IMG/VR virus record: IMGVR_UViG_3300031972_002122
Location: 64,571 to 128,570 of that record
Origin: a virus
DNA: 64,000 bases
Direction: 5' to 3' (one strand)
Of this stretch, positions 38,938 through 47,668 are shown one piece after another (the stretch's first letter is position 1; each line of letters begins with the position of its first letter). The notes under the pieces were generated by a model. The model was not told where the DNA came from, searched no databases, and worked only from the letters and a program-made list of their open reading frames with translations. A program made the position numbers and the translations under genes.

Positions 38938-39669
38938 ATGTGTACATGTATTGATATAAACGAGCTCCAATTGATTGAGGATGGATCACAACCAGACTTC
39001 AATCTGGATAATGAATTTGCCGAAGCTAATAGAAAATACTTCAAGGGCATGCTTAAGAAGATTCCTATGGAATATAAACACCTGACTGGTAAACTAGGGT
39101 TAGTTAAAGCTAAAGTGCGTAGAGATAGCTCTAAACGGATCGTGAAAGCATTCCCAGTAGTACTGCAGATGACTGATCAATTCAATTACACCAGAGAACA
39201 ATTCTTGAGTACATTCTTACATGAACTTTGCCACTTATTCATGCTGCAGGATGCTGGTAAGTATTCGTGGAGTGGTGGGTATCATGGTAGAGAATGGCAG
39301 AAACTAGCTGATACCGTATCTAAGAAATCTGGTGTACCTATAACTAAGGACGAACATACTGGTAAATATGACACTAAAGACCTACCATCACCAGTAGTAG
39401 CGTTTGCCAAATTTAGTGGTGGGCATATTAGTATCGCATATACAACCAAAAGTATATGGAGTCGGCGAGATGATGAGTATATAGATTGGTTAACCGCCAC
39501 CGCTAAAGGGAAGCAGTGGGTGGTCTTCACAACCAGAGATGGTCGAATAACAAACTTCGCTGCAAAATCTATAAAGAGACCCACGTTCTATAAAATCGAT
39601 CAGGACATTGTTACTGACATGATGAAGAACAAATCCGAAGAAGTTATATTAACCAATAATCATGTATAG
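38938..39669 (+). CDS. SprT-like zinc metalloprotease
   Basis: FAEANRKYF, TFLHELCH (HExxH), YHGREW. Confidence 0.8.
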   Translation: MCTCIDINELQLIEDGSQPDFNLDNEFAEANRKYFKGMLKKIPMEYKHLTGKLGLVKAKVRRDSSKRIVKAFPVVLQMTDQFNYTREQFLSTFLHELCHLFMLQDAGKYSWSGGYHGREWQKLADTVSKKSGVPITKDEHTGKYDTKDLPSPVVAFAKFSGGHISIAYTTKSIWSRRDDEYIDWLTATAKGKQWVVFTTRDGRITNFAAKSIKRPTFYKIDQDIVTDMMKNKSEEVILTNNHV

Positions 39670-39745
39670 GACAAAAATGCATCGATTGGGTTTTGTTATA
39701 TGAAAAACTTTTAGTATCTTAGTGTTGCAAACAAATACAGATACT

Positions 39746-40087
39746 ATGAAATCTAAGAAAATCACCAAAGCAGCTCGTAAGGAATTCGTAAGGGCTATGC
39801 TTAAAAACAACAAGACATGGGCACTACGTGCGCTCGTAGTAATCTACGCCCATCAGACAGTTGACGAGCAGTCGACTGGAATCACAAGTCACGAAAATGG
39901 TGTTGGATTCTCAGGATCAGATTCTGAGATATTATCATCATTCGCAGTACAATATCAACGACGTGGATGGCTGACATATAAACAGATGACAATCGTATTC
40001 AGGTTGATACCTAAGTACTGGAGACAGGTTATCGATAACGCTGACCTAGATAAAATCGATTCACTAATCATTAAACACGCTGCATAA
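39746..40087 (+). CDS. conserved phage hypothetical protein
   Basis: RALVVIYAHQTVDEQ...NGVGFSGSD..LSSFA. Confidence 0.7.
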   Translation: MKSKKITKAARKEFVRAMLKNNKTWALRALVVIYAHQTVDEQSTGITSHENGVGFSGSDSEILSSFAVQYQRRGWLTYKQMTIVFRLIPKYWRQVIDNADLDKIDSLIIKHAA

Positions 40088-40926
40088 TGACAAAGGTTAA
40101 AGATTTAATAACTAAGGAGCAGGTTAGTGAAGGTGGATGGGCGGGTGCCATGTACGAATACAAAATGTACGATGGTACTGAAACGGATTTTTATGACCAT
40201 CTTGCACTTAAAGAATTTCTAGAGAAACATCCGAGATTTAAGGACGCCGTGATTATGGAGAGGGGGGCAGTATTCGGTCGATACCCATTCCGTCACCGTT
40301 ATCGTTCGGTCAATAACAATGAAATGTGGAAGGTAAGGATCGGTGATAAATTCACGTATGCGTTAGGTATCAGCCGACCGTGGAGGGGATACGATACAAT
40401 GCCCAAGATCATTCAGCGTAGATTTTATGAGGATGGTGAGAAGCCAATCAAGAGAAAGGTACGTAAGGTAGATGTCGAATATGTAGATCACGGGAAGGGT
40501 CAATCGACGTATGGACGTGATTGTCAATTGAGGACGTTGGCAACCGTGATGGGTCAGGATTATTTTGACGTCCACCGAGAAATGTCAGATCGAGGTTGGA
40601 AACCTAATCATGTTGGAAACGTACACTACACCACAGGGCATAAAAAGAATAGATGGGATGAAGTGATGGAAGTGTTTGGTTATGAGAAGGAGCGAGTCTG
40701 GACTAAGAAGAATTTACTCACATATGGCTGTGAGGTCAAGTCTAAGCTACTCAAACACAAAACTGGTATGACTGTGGCAACTGCCGCGTGTGAGCTTCCT
40801 AGGGGGACTTATATAGTTAGTATGCGATCACACGTATGTGCGGTCATTGACAACAAAATTTTTGACTCGTGGAACTGTCAGAATAAACATGTTCACAGAA
40901 TTTGGAAAGTTAATTCAATTAAGTAG
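40087..40926 (+). CDS. hypothetical protein, C-terminal Cys/His/Asp (papain-like?) domain
   Basis: DCQLRTLA...SHVCAVID..IFDSW. Confidence 0.55.
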   Translation: MTKVKDLITKEQVSEGGWAGAMYEYKMYDGTETDFYDHLALKEFLEKHPRFKDAVIMERGAVFGRYPFRHRYRSVNNNEMWKVRIGDKFTYALGISRPWRGYDTMPKIIQRRFYEDGEKPIKRKVRKVDVEYVDHGKGQSTYGRDCQLRTLATVMGQDYFDVHREMSDRGWKPNHVGNVHYTTGHKKNRWDEVMEVFGYEKERVWTKKNLLTYGCEVKSKLLKHKTGMTVATAACELPRGTYIVSMRSHVCAVIDNKIFDSWNCQNKHVHRIWKVNSIK

Positions 40927-40982
40927 TTGTGTATATGAAAAACTTTCTGTATCTTTATATTGTAATCAAAAGAAAGACAGTT

Positions 40983-41147
40983 ATGACAGCGAATGAAATT
41001 AAAAATACACTTGACGGGTGCGAAGTTAACTCACTAACATACGAGGGAGTTGTTTACGTCAGTAATGGAAAAGCTTATATGGATGGTGATGTAATCCGTG
41101 TGAGTTGGAAGACACTTTGGAATGAATATATTGGTAACGAATTTTAA
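40983..41147 (+). CDS. hypothetical protein
   Basis: ORF after a sigma70-like promoter. Confidence 0.5.
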   Translation: MTANEIKNTLDGCEVNSLTYEGVVYVSNGKAYMDGDVIRVSWKTLWNEYIGNEF

Positions 41148-41156
41148 TTTATACCC

Positions 41157-41399
41157 ATGGCAAACAAGAAGCAAACAATATCAGAAATAGCTGCAGTGAT
41201 CAGGGAGGACTGGAAGAAAGTCAACTACGGTGCAGAACCTTACTTACGTGCAATGTCCTCAATGGAAACTATCGATGACAGCTACGGAATGGAAAGTGGT
41301 CGATTTATCGTGGCATACTTCTTAAGTAACGCAAGTGCGTGGAGAGGTGATGTTGCTAGGGAGACTAAAAAAGAATTGAACAAACGTATAAAATACTAG
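41157..41399 (+). CDS. conserved phage hypothetical protein
   Basis: EIAAVIREDWKKVNYGAEPYL..YFLSNASAWRG. Confidence 0.75.
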   Translation: MANKKQTISEIAAVIREDWKKVNYGAEPYLRAMSSMETIDDSYGMESGRFIVAYFLSNASAWRGDVARETKKELNKRIKY

Positions 41400-41401
41400 A
41401 G

Positions 41402-41962
41402 ATGGAATCAAGAGATGTACTAGAATGTGCAGCATGTGGGTGTGATATCGAGTATGGTAACTCATACATAGATGAGGATGGTGCTGATGTTTGTGAATCG
41501 TGTGAAGCAAACGCGTGGAACTACGCTAATACGGTGGTCGTAATTTCGGATGGTGAGGTTACGAAATTCTTACACTCGTCTATGGGATGGCGCGAGGCTG
41601 AATATTTCGAACAGGAATCACCAGATGCGGTTGAAAAGTTCGAGTACAAGAGTACTGATGGGTGGCGAGGGTATCACCAACCTGTATTGGCGGATGGTTA
41701 CGTTACCTTAGCGGATGGTTGGTCTACTGGCAACTATTCAGACGTTCCGTGGAAGCATAAATTCAACAACTTTGTTAGTGAACTAGCAAGTGGTGAGAAG
41801 GTATGTCCAGTGGACGTTACATTGGCGTATGGGTTGACTTCAAATGTATTTTCAGTATCAACTGATATTATAGTTGCGTCTGGGGATGTTGATGAGTTTA
41901 CGGCGTGGGTGGCTAACGAGATGGGGTATAGTGTTGACGACTTACAGGCAGCTCTGGTGTAA
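41402..41962 (+). CDS. hypothetical protein with N-terminal Zn ribbon
   Basis: CAAC..CESC; STDGWRGY. Confidence 0.7.
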   Translation: MESRDVLECAACGCDIEYGNSYIDEDGADVCESCEANAWNYANTVVVISDGEVTKFLHSSMGWREAEYFEQESPDAVEKFEYKSTDGWRGYHQPVLADGYVTLADGWSTGNYSDVPWKHKFNNFVSELASGEKVCPVDVTLAYGLTSNVFSVSTDIIVASGDVDEFTAWVANEMGYSVDDLQAALV

Positions 41963-42010
41963 ATGAATACTTAAGCAAAATTTCCTATACTTATATATAA
42001 AGGAAATGTT

Positions 42011-42244
42011 ATGGCAAAGGAATTCAAATGTATAAAGGGATGGGCTCGTAATCGTGTTGGTGATGTAGTAGAAAATTATATGTTTTCTAGGTACCCAAAA
42101 GAAATTCAACAAAATCATTTTGTGGAAATTAAGCCGAAGAAAGTTACACCGAAATCTTCTCCGAAATCTTCTCCGAAAGTAGTATCGACCTCGTCGAGTA
42201 AATCATCGACTAAGGGATCATCAACTACAACTAACAAATCGTAG
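42011..42244 (+). CDS. small basic Ser/Lys-rich protein
   Basis: ORF after a TACTTATA motif; PKSS repeats. Confidence 0.6.
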   Translation: MAKEFKCIKGWARNRVGDVVENYMFSRYPKEIQQNHFVEIKPKKVTPKSSPKSSPKVVSTSSSKSSTKGSSTTTNKS

Positions 42245-42255
42245 GGGGATTTGAT

Positions 42256-42516
42256 ATGAAATCATTATTGATTATACTGGGATTGTTATTCGTTATGCCT
42301 ATAGCAACTCAACAAACACAAGAACCGTCGGCAAACGTCGCCGCGGTAGTTTATATAGTGGACGTCACAGATTTTTCATCTGATGGATACCAGTTCACTC
42401 ATACACTGGACGTTAGGCTAGATGATTCGAAGATTTCACCAGAACAAATTGTGGCAATCCTAGACAATTACACAGCATGGTATAAGACAAAATATCTGGG
42501 ATACAAAAAAATATAA
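42256..42516 (+). CDS. small secreted protein
   Basis: N-terminal signal-peptide-like segment. Confidence 0.55.
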   Translation: MKSLLIILGLLFVMPIATQQTQEPSANVAAVVYIVDVTDFSSDGYQFTHTLDVRLDDSKISPEQIVAILDNYTAWYKTKYLGYKKI

Positions 42517-42534
42517 ATATTTTTTAGCAAAATA

Positions 42535-42568
42535 GTTGTTTTTATCCAAAATATTTATATATATTTGT
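42535..42568 (+). promoter_or_regulatory. Bacteroidota-type promoter for tRNA block B
   Basis: TTTATATATATTTG, same motif as at ~34665 and ~48367. Confidence 0.65.
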
Positions 42569-42617
42569 GTCGATGGAAATGTTGAAGCATTTCTTAAAAT
42601 AAAAAAATAGAGTAACG

Positions 42618-42752
42618 ATGAAAGATTTGATGAACATAGAACGTGTGGACGAACCAGCCGAGGAGACATGGCGCGGTCGTCTAAATGGACTAGGACACCA
42701 GACTTTCAATCTGGACGATGCGGGTTCGATCCCCGTCCGCGCTACCAAGTAG
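42618..42752 (+). CDS. Glu-rich uORF (MKDLMNIERVDEPAEET...) reading through tRNA-Glu
   Basis: GAA, GAA, GAG GAG within the last 10 codons before the tRNA. Confidence 0.68.
   Translation: MKDLMNIERVDEPAEETWRGRLNGLGHQTFNLDDAGSIPVRATK
42670..42747 (+). tRNA. tRNA-Glu(TTC)
   Basis: GGCGCGG/CCGCGCT-A-CCA; CCAGA-CTTTCAA-TCTGG. Confidence 0.93.
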
Positions 42753-42784
42753 TCGTTTTATGTACTTTTTACATACTAATTAAA

Positions 42785-42925
42785 ATGACAACTAAAGAAT
42801 TATTAAAGCCAGTATACGATTCGGCACGTATTGTTACACTTAAAAAACTATATGTTCCGAAATCATTGAGAAAATATCTTAAGACTAAAAAAGTAAATGG
42901 CTTGACGGTTATGGATACCAATTAA
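42785..42925 (+). CDS. small hypothetical protein
   Basis: MTTKELLK start downstream of the tRNA. Confidence 0.5.
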   Translation: MTTKELLKPVYDSARIVTLKKLYVPKSLRKYLKTKKVNGLTVMDTN

Positions 42926-42944
42926 CAAAAAACAAAATAACGTA

Positions 42945-43016
42945 ATGAACACATACACAATCATACAACATCAACCGCAGCCCGTAGGGGCTATTCATCA
43001 ACATAGATTGGTGTAG
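42945..43016 (+). CDS. Gln/His/Pro leader peptide (MNTYTIIQHQPQPVGAIHQHRLV)
   Basis: 4 Gln, 3 His, 2 Pro; followed by a hairpin and tRNA-Pro, -His, -Gln. Confidence 0.8.
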   Translation: MNTYTIIQHQPQPVGAIHQHRLV

Positions 43017-43052
43017 GGAATTGATATGTCGTTCCCTTACATCGTAAGATAA

Positions 43053-43127
43053 CGGGGAGCGATCCATTGGTGTGGTTGCGCGGTTTGGAGCCGTGGTTAT
43101 TTGAAGGTTCGAATCCTTTCTCCCCGA
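43053..43127 (+). tRNA. tRNA-Pro(TGG)
   Basis: CGGGGAG/CTCCCCG-A; CGCGG-TTTGGAG-CCGTG. Confidence 0.88.
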
Positions 43128-43141
43128 CTAGTAATACACAT

Positions 43142-43235
43142 GGTGTGCGAGTCGGATATGGTTTTTTGCCGAGGCAGGTTGTGACCCTGTTGTAGAAATT
43201 TCTACATGCGAGTTCGAATCTCGTCGTACACCCCA
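43142..43235 (+). tRNA. tRNA-His(GTG) with long variable arm
   Basis: G-1:C73, CCA; GCAGG-TTGTGAC-CCTGT; TGTAGAAATTTCTACA extra hairpin. Confidence 0.88.
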
Positions 43236-43253
43236 TTAGTAGTTTTTTTATAA

Positions 43254-43326
43254 AGACCTATGGTATAACGGCTCATTACATCGGCTTTTGGCGTCGAGGA
43301 TTCCAGTTCGATTCTGGATAGGTCTT
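43254..43326 (+). tRNA. tRNA-Gln(TTG)
   Basis: AGACCTA/TAGGTCT; TCGGC-TTTTGGC-GTCGA. Confidence 0.87.
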
Positions 43327-43351
43327 CAAGAATAAAATAATAATAGCATAT

Positions 43352-43469
43352 GGGGGAGATTTATCTCACTCTTTTAGGTGATCTCCTTATGGTAGTAGTA
43401 AATAGAGTTACTTCGGTTAACATTTGTACTTGAAATTCAAATTACTTGGTTCGATTCCAAGCTCCCCCA
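43352..43469 (+). ncRNA. 118-nt tRNA-like RNA (TGA loop) with enlarged D region
   Basis: GGGGGAG/CTCCCCC-A, CTTGG-TTCGATT-CCAAG, TTGTA-CTTGAAA-TTCAA. Confidence 0.65.
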
Positions 43470-43496
43470 CATTTTTTAATCTTAAAAAGGATAGTT

Positions 43497-43577
43497 ATGT
43501 TTAAAAGTATTTTTACACGAATGTTTGTTCGTACATACACAGTTCACGCACCTGCAGTGCCATACCACAAAAGATAA
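43497..43577 (+). CDS. 26-aa uORF ending 3 nt before the initiator-like tRNA
   Basis: Manual translation MFKSIFTRMFVRTYTVHAPAVPYHKR. Confidence 0.45.
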   Translation: MFKSIFTRMFVRTYTVHAPAVPYHKR

Positions 43578-43580
43578 TAT

Positions 43581-43667
43581 CGCGGGGATGAAGGCTGTTG
43601 GTATGCCTCCTAAGTCTCATAAGCTCTGAACGTTTAACGTGTGTAGGTTCGATTCCTACCCCCGCTA
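43581..43667 (+). tRNA. tRNA-Met(CAT), initiator-like (C1 unpaired), atypical
   Basis: CGCGGGG/CCCCGCT; CTCATAA loop; long variable region. Confidence 0.75.
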
Positions 43668-43672
43668 CTATC

Positions 43673-43702
43673 AAGGAGATGAAGAAATTCATCTCCTTTT
43701 TT
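43673..43702 (+). terminator. intrinsic terminator closing tRNA block B
   Basis: AAGGAGATGAA-GAAA-TTCATCTCCTT plus U-run. Confidence 0.88.
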
Positions 43703-43762
43703 GTTTATACCAAAAGTTTTTTATATTATTGCATTATTAATTAACTTAAAATACTTAGCAAT

Positions 43763-44119
43763 ATGGAGAAAGATTTAATGACAGGTAAGTTTGGAACGTT
43801 ATTGAAGCGGTCTAATAAACAACTCCGCGAGGATCGGGGTAGGAAGATCGTCAGTACTACTGAAAAACTTTATCGTAGGAAGGTTGAAGACCTTCAGGAC
43901 GAGTTAGAAACTCTACAGATCGATCGGGATAATTTATTGGATATTAACCCAAGTAACACACAATCAATCATCAACCCATCAGATTTCCAATCTCAACAAT
44001 TCGTTGAAAGGGATATGAAACTCGGTTTAGCTATCCGTGAGACTTCGATCAAGTTAGAAGTAGCACGGGAAGCATACACCGCGCTGTTCAGTGTTGATGT
44101 TACTAAAACTGACGCATAA
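43763..44119 (+). CDS. coiled-coil hypothetical protein
   Basis: ORF track. Confidence 0.7.
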   Translation: MEKDLMTGKFGTLLKRSNKQLREDRGRKIVSTTEKLYRRKVEDLQDELETLQIDRDNLLDINPSNTQSIINPSDFQSQQFVERDMKLGLAIRETSIKLEVAREAYTALFSVDVTKTDA

Positions 44120-45030
44120 TGGGAGGTGGAACGTATAATTTTAATGCTAGAGCTACGTCTTCGGTTACTAAAGGTTTTAACAAGGCAACTGTTGATTCGT
44201 TGGATACTGTATTTAAGCAGCAACGACAACGCCGAGTGCATGATAGTCTCGACCCACGCGGTGTGGTTATTCGGGAATCTAGGGATGGTGAGGATCACCC
44301 AGAATCATTAGCTATTTTAGTTGGTATAGATGTCACAACATCAATGGGTAACGTCCCAGTATTGTTAATACGTGACGGACTACCCAATATGATACAGCGT
44401 ATATTCGAGGAGGGTATCGCTGATCCACAGGTGGCGTTCATTGCCATCGGTGATCATGAGTGTGATAACTATCCATTACAGATCGGGCAGTTCGAATCTT
44501 CGGATCAGCTACTAGATGAGTCGTTGACCAACACCTATATTGAAGGTGGTGGTGGTGGCAATGGTGGTGAGAGTTATTTGTTAGCTTGGTACCACGCCGC
44601 GATGCACACGTCAATTGATTGTTTTGAAAAGCGCGGACAGAAAGGGGTTCTTATAACAATTGGTGATGAGCCATGTCTTAATAAGGTTTCTGGATCAGTA
44701 TTAGCTAGGTTGTATAATTTACAATCTGAACTAGATTATTCAGCAGCAGAATTGTTAAAACTTGCTTCGGAGAAGTATGATGTGTATCATATCAATGTCG
44801 GATCGACGTATTCTGGGTATAGATCGAGTACTAAGAATTATTGGAAAGAGTTGCTTAGTGATCATTTCATCGACGCTAAAAGTCATGAAGATATTCCTAG
44901 AATTGTTGCGGAGCTGACGTCTAAGAGTTATAGTGGTACTCGGCAGAAAGTTGAGACTGACTATGCTGAGGCTTATAATGGATCACCTACAGACGTGGAT
45001 GATATTAAAGAACCTAAAATCACATTATAA
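44119..45030 (+). CDS. vWA (MIDAS) domain protein
   Basis: DVTTSMG (DxTxS), AIGDHECD, EGGGGGNGGESY, ITIGDE. Confidence 0.85.
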   Translation: MGGGTYNFNARATSSVTKGFNKATVDSLDTVFKQQRQRRVHDSLDPRGVVIRESRDGEDHPESLAILVGIDVTTSMGNVPVLLIRDGLPNMIQRIFEEGIADPQVAFIAIGDHECDNYPLQIGQFESSDQLLDESLTNTYIEGGGGGNGGESYLLAWYHAAMHTSIDCFEKRGQKGVLITIGDEPCLNKVSGSVLARLYNLQSELDYSAAELLKLASEKYDVYHINVGSTYSGYRSSTKNYWKELLSDHFIDAKSHEDIPRIVAELTSKSYSGTRQKVETDYAEAYNGSPTDVDDIKEPKITL

Positions 45031-46178
45031 TGAATGTAAGTATTGTCACTGGAGTTGGATATGGCGACGAAGGTAAAGGCGTAACCACTAAGTGGCTATG
45101 CGAGCAATTGTTATCTGGGAATGATGATGTACATGTGATGGTAGTCCGATTTGGTGGTGGAAATCAAGTCGGACATACCACCATGGTTGATGATTTCATT
45201 CACACACATCATCACACTGGTGCTGGAACCTTAGTAAATGTACCAACGTTCTATTCTAGATTCTGTACTGTAGACCCAATTAACACGGTATCTGAGATTG
45301 AGTTCTTAACCCAGAAGGGATTTACACCACGTAATATGTATGACCCACGGTGTATGATTGTAACTCCACTCGATGTGATTTACAATCGAATGCGTCATGC
45401 TAAAACACAACACGGAAGTGTTGGGGTGGGGTTTGGTGCAACTATTGCTAGAAATGAATCACACTACCGACTATATGTTGCCGACATTGCAACTCGGGAG
45501 ATATTCATCCAGAAGTGTAAGGGTATCCAGCAATATTATAACAGCCTAGGTGTGGATTTTGATCTAGATTGTGAGGCGTTTTACATCGACTGTATTAACT
45601 TTTTAGATATTGTGGAGGTAAGCAATCTAAATCTGGAGATAACACGTTACATTGGCTCAAAATCGTCCCATATAGTATTTGAGGGGCATCAAGGGGTATT
45701 GCTAGATCAGGAATATGGTGTATTTCCCCATGTTACTAGATCAAAGACTACATGTAAGAATGCATTCACGATACTTGAAGAAGAGAACCTTAACGGGATA
45801 TGTGAGCATATAAATCAATTCATGGTAACGCGAGCATATCATACACGTCATGGTAATGGGTATTTTGAAGAGGAGGATATTTTACTGACAAATACTGAGT
45901 TTGAAACTAATAAATTCAGTGAGCATCAGGGAGCATTTAAAACAGCTCCACTTAACAAAGCATTATTGACTAGGGGAGTACTTTGTAATCTTATGGATGA
46001 GTCTGACTTAGGAAATATTAAAAGACATCTAGTAGTTACGTGTTGTGATCAAGTAGAGTCTTATGAGGACGTCATTGAATATATTTCTGAAACCACCCAA
46101 CTACTGGACACTCTGTGTATTAATGACCATCCATCAGGAAACATTAGACTATATGCCAAGGAAGAAAAAGATAACTAA
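45030..46178 (+). CDS. purA: adenylosuccinate synthetase-like protein (divergent PurA family)
   Basis: GYGDEGKG, RFGGGNQVGHT, HGSVGVG, FEGHQGVLLDQEYGVFPHVTRS, TRHGNG. Confidence 0.85.
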   Translation: MNVSIVTGVGYGDEGKGVTTKWLCEQLLSGNDDVHVMVVRFGGGNQVGHTTMVDDFIHTHHHTGAGTLVNVPTFYSRFCTVDPINTVSEIEFLTQKGFTPRNMYDPRCMIVTPLDVIYNRMRHAKTQHGSVGVGFGATIARNESHYRLYVADIATREIFIQKCKGIQQYYNSLGVDFDLDCEAFYIDCINFLDIVEVSNLNLEITRYIGSKSSHIVFEGHQGVLLDQEYGVFPHVTRSKTTCKNAFTILEEENLNGICEHINQFMVTRAYHTRHGNGYFEEEDILLTNTEFETNKFSEHQGAFKTAPLNKALLTRGVLCNLMDESDLGNIKRHLVVTCCDQVESYEDVIEYISETTQLLDTLCINDHPSGNIRLYAKEEKDN

Positions 46179-46368
46179 ATCCCGATGGAGTCAGCAGCCA
46201 GAATTGAAAACTGTTGATTTTAAAAATAGGGATGGTACTGTTGATGAGTGGGTTTATGATACTTCATATAAGCCGATCCGACCCATCCAAGTTACAACAA
46301 ATATCCGTCGAAGGGCTAAAAAAAATAAATGATTAGTTTTATCTACATAAATTACATATTTATAGTTG

Positions 46369-47034
46369 ATGAAGATGACTAATATAGTAAACGAAATTGT
46401 CTCCGAGAAGATGACAGTTAACAAGGTCAGTGCCAAGGACTACGCTAAACTCGTGGCAGCGGCTTACGATGCTGCACCTGAGCACGACCCAAATGCACTC
46501 CCACATTGGAAGGCACTCAATGAATCAAATTACAAACTCTGGAGGAGACTACTATCTAAGGTGAATGTCGTATTCACTTCAGAAAATCCTCCACGGAAAG
46601 ATACTATTCGTATAGCTGGTAAGGATCATCCACTCATTCATAATGGTGATCCGTATGAAAATCAACCAGAAATGCGTCAGGATGTTAAGGAGAATAATCG
46701 AATTATGATTATGATTGATCATTCCGAACATCCAGTGTTTACTGTCGAGGATAATATTGTATTTAGAACTGTACACGATTACATTGTACATATATTAGGG
46801 AATAAACCATTCGGTTTATTTGGAGAACTTCAATCATATAACTTGCATGCGAAGATGGTGCCAGTTGCGGCACGACCAGCCATATTTACCGAAGTTGTCG
46901 GGCAAGTATGCTATCATTCTATCCATGGCAAGTTTCCAGTGCAAAAAGTAGCTACACTGGATGGGTTTGATTATTTAAGAGTTGGGGATGTAAGCCCCGA
47001 GGCAATAAAGAGGTACGGGAATGAAGTTAATTGA
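46369..47034 (+). CDS. hypothetical protein
   Basis: HPVF...NIVFRTVHDYIVH motif; TATTTATA upstream. Confidence 0.7.
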   Translation: MKMTNIVNEIVSEKMTVNKVSAKDYAKLVAAAYDAAPEHDPNALPHWKALNESNYKLWRRLLSKVNVVFTSENPPRKDTIRIAGKDHPLIHNGDPYENQPEMRQDVKENNRIMIMIDHSEHPVFTVEDNIVFRTVHDYIVHILGNKPFGLFGELQSYNLHAKMVPVAARPAIFTEVVGQVCYHSIHGKFPVQKVATLDGFDYLRVGDVSPEAIKRYGNEVN

Positions 47035-47668
47035 TATATTGAGTGAATCGTTAGACTTTGGCTTAATCAATGAGGCTGGACTAGCCAGAGTTTTATCTAG
47101 GGTCGGTGGTAAGGATTTTATTATAGCATCGGCGTATCGGTACGGGAATTCTAATAAGGAAAATCGAAGACGTAATGGTGAACTTTTAAATTATCTAAAC
47201 ACTAAGAGGATGGGCGGTTACGTTTTAATTGGACACTGGCAAGAAGCACCCGACGGGATAGAGTGGAAGGACGCTGATCAGGATCAGTTGACGGATTCTA
47301 TAGAAGAAGCTATTCTATTTATCAAGCCTGATGATATGAGTCGTGATGAATTTACACAAATTGGGGTAGACATAACCAATCAATATAATCAAGATGCGGT
47401 ATTATTAGGTTTAAACAGTTCTGAACTAGACGCTGAACCTGAAGCTGGAGCTCCGTCGTTAGATAATATGGATGTGTATCTACTCTTTAAGGATGGCGGT
47501 CGTGAGAAAATAGGCACCAGACTGACATTGAATAAAATATCTCAGGCTTATTCTCAATTAAAATCTAAACCAAACATTCCGTTTGTATTTGAAGGTGTGC
47601 TACATCCTACGAATAATCTGGGTAAGCAGCTCTTTAAGATAAAAAATATATTGTATGAAATTAATTGA
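47021..47668 (+). CDS. hypothetical protein (MKLIDIL.E N-terminus)
   Basis: IASAYR..NKENRRRN..L; YNQDAVL. Confidence 0.7.
   Translation: MKLIDILSESLDFGLINEAGLARVLSRVGGKDFIIASAYRYGNSNKENRRRNGELLNYLNTKRMGGYVLIGHWQEAPDGIEWKDADQDQLTDSIEEAILFIKPDDMSRDEFTQIGVDITNQYNQDAVLLGLNSSELDAEPEAGAPSLDNMDVYLLFKDGGREKIGTRLTLNKISQAYSQLKSKPNIPFVFEGVLHPTNNLGKQLFKIKNILYEIN

Noticed and set aside
45030-46178. PurZ (2-aminoadenine DNA pathway)
   Set aside because: The motif is GDEGKG with the PurA catalytic Asp, not the Ser-containing PurZ motif; no dATPase or MazZ neighbours were seen.
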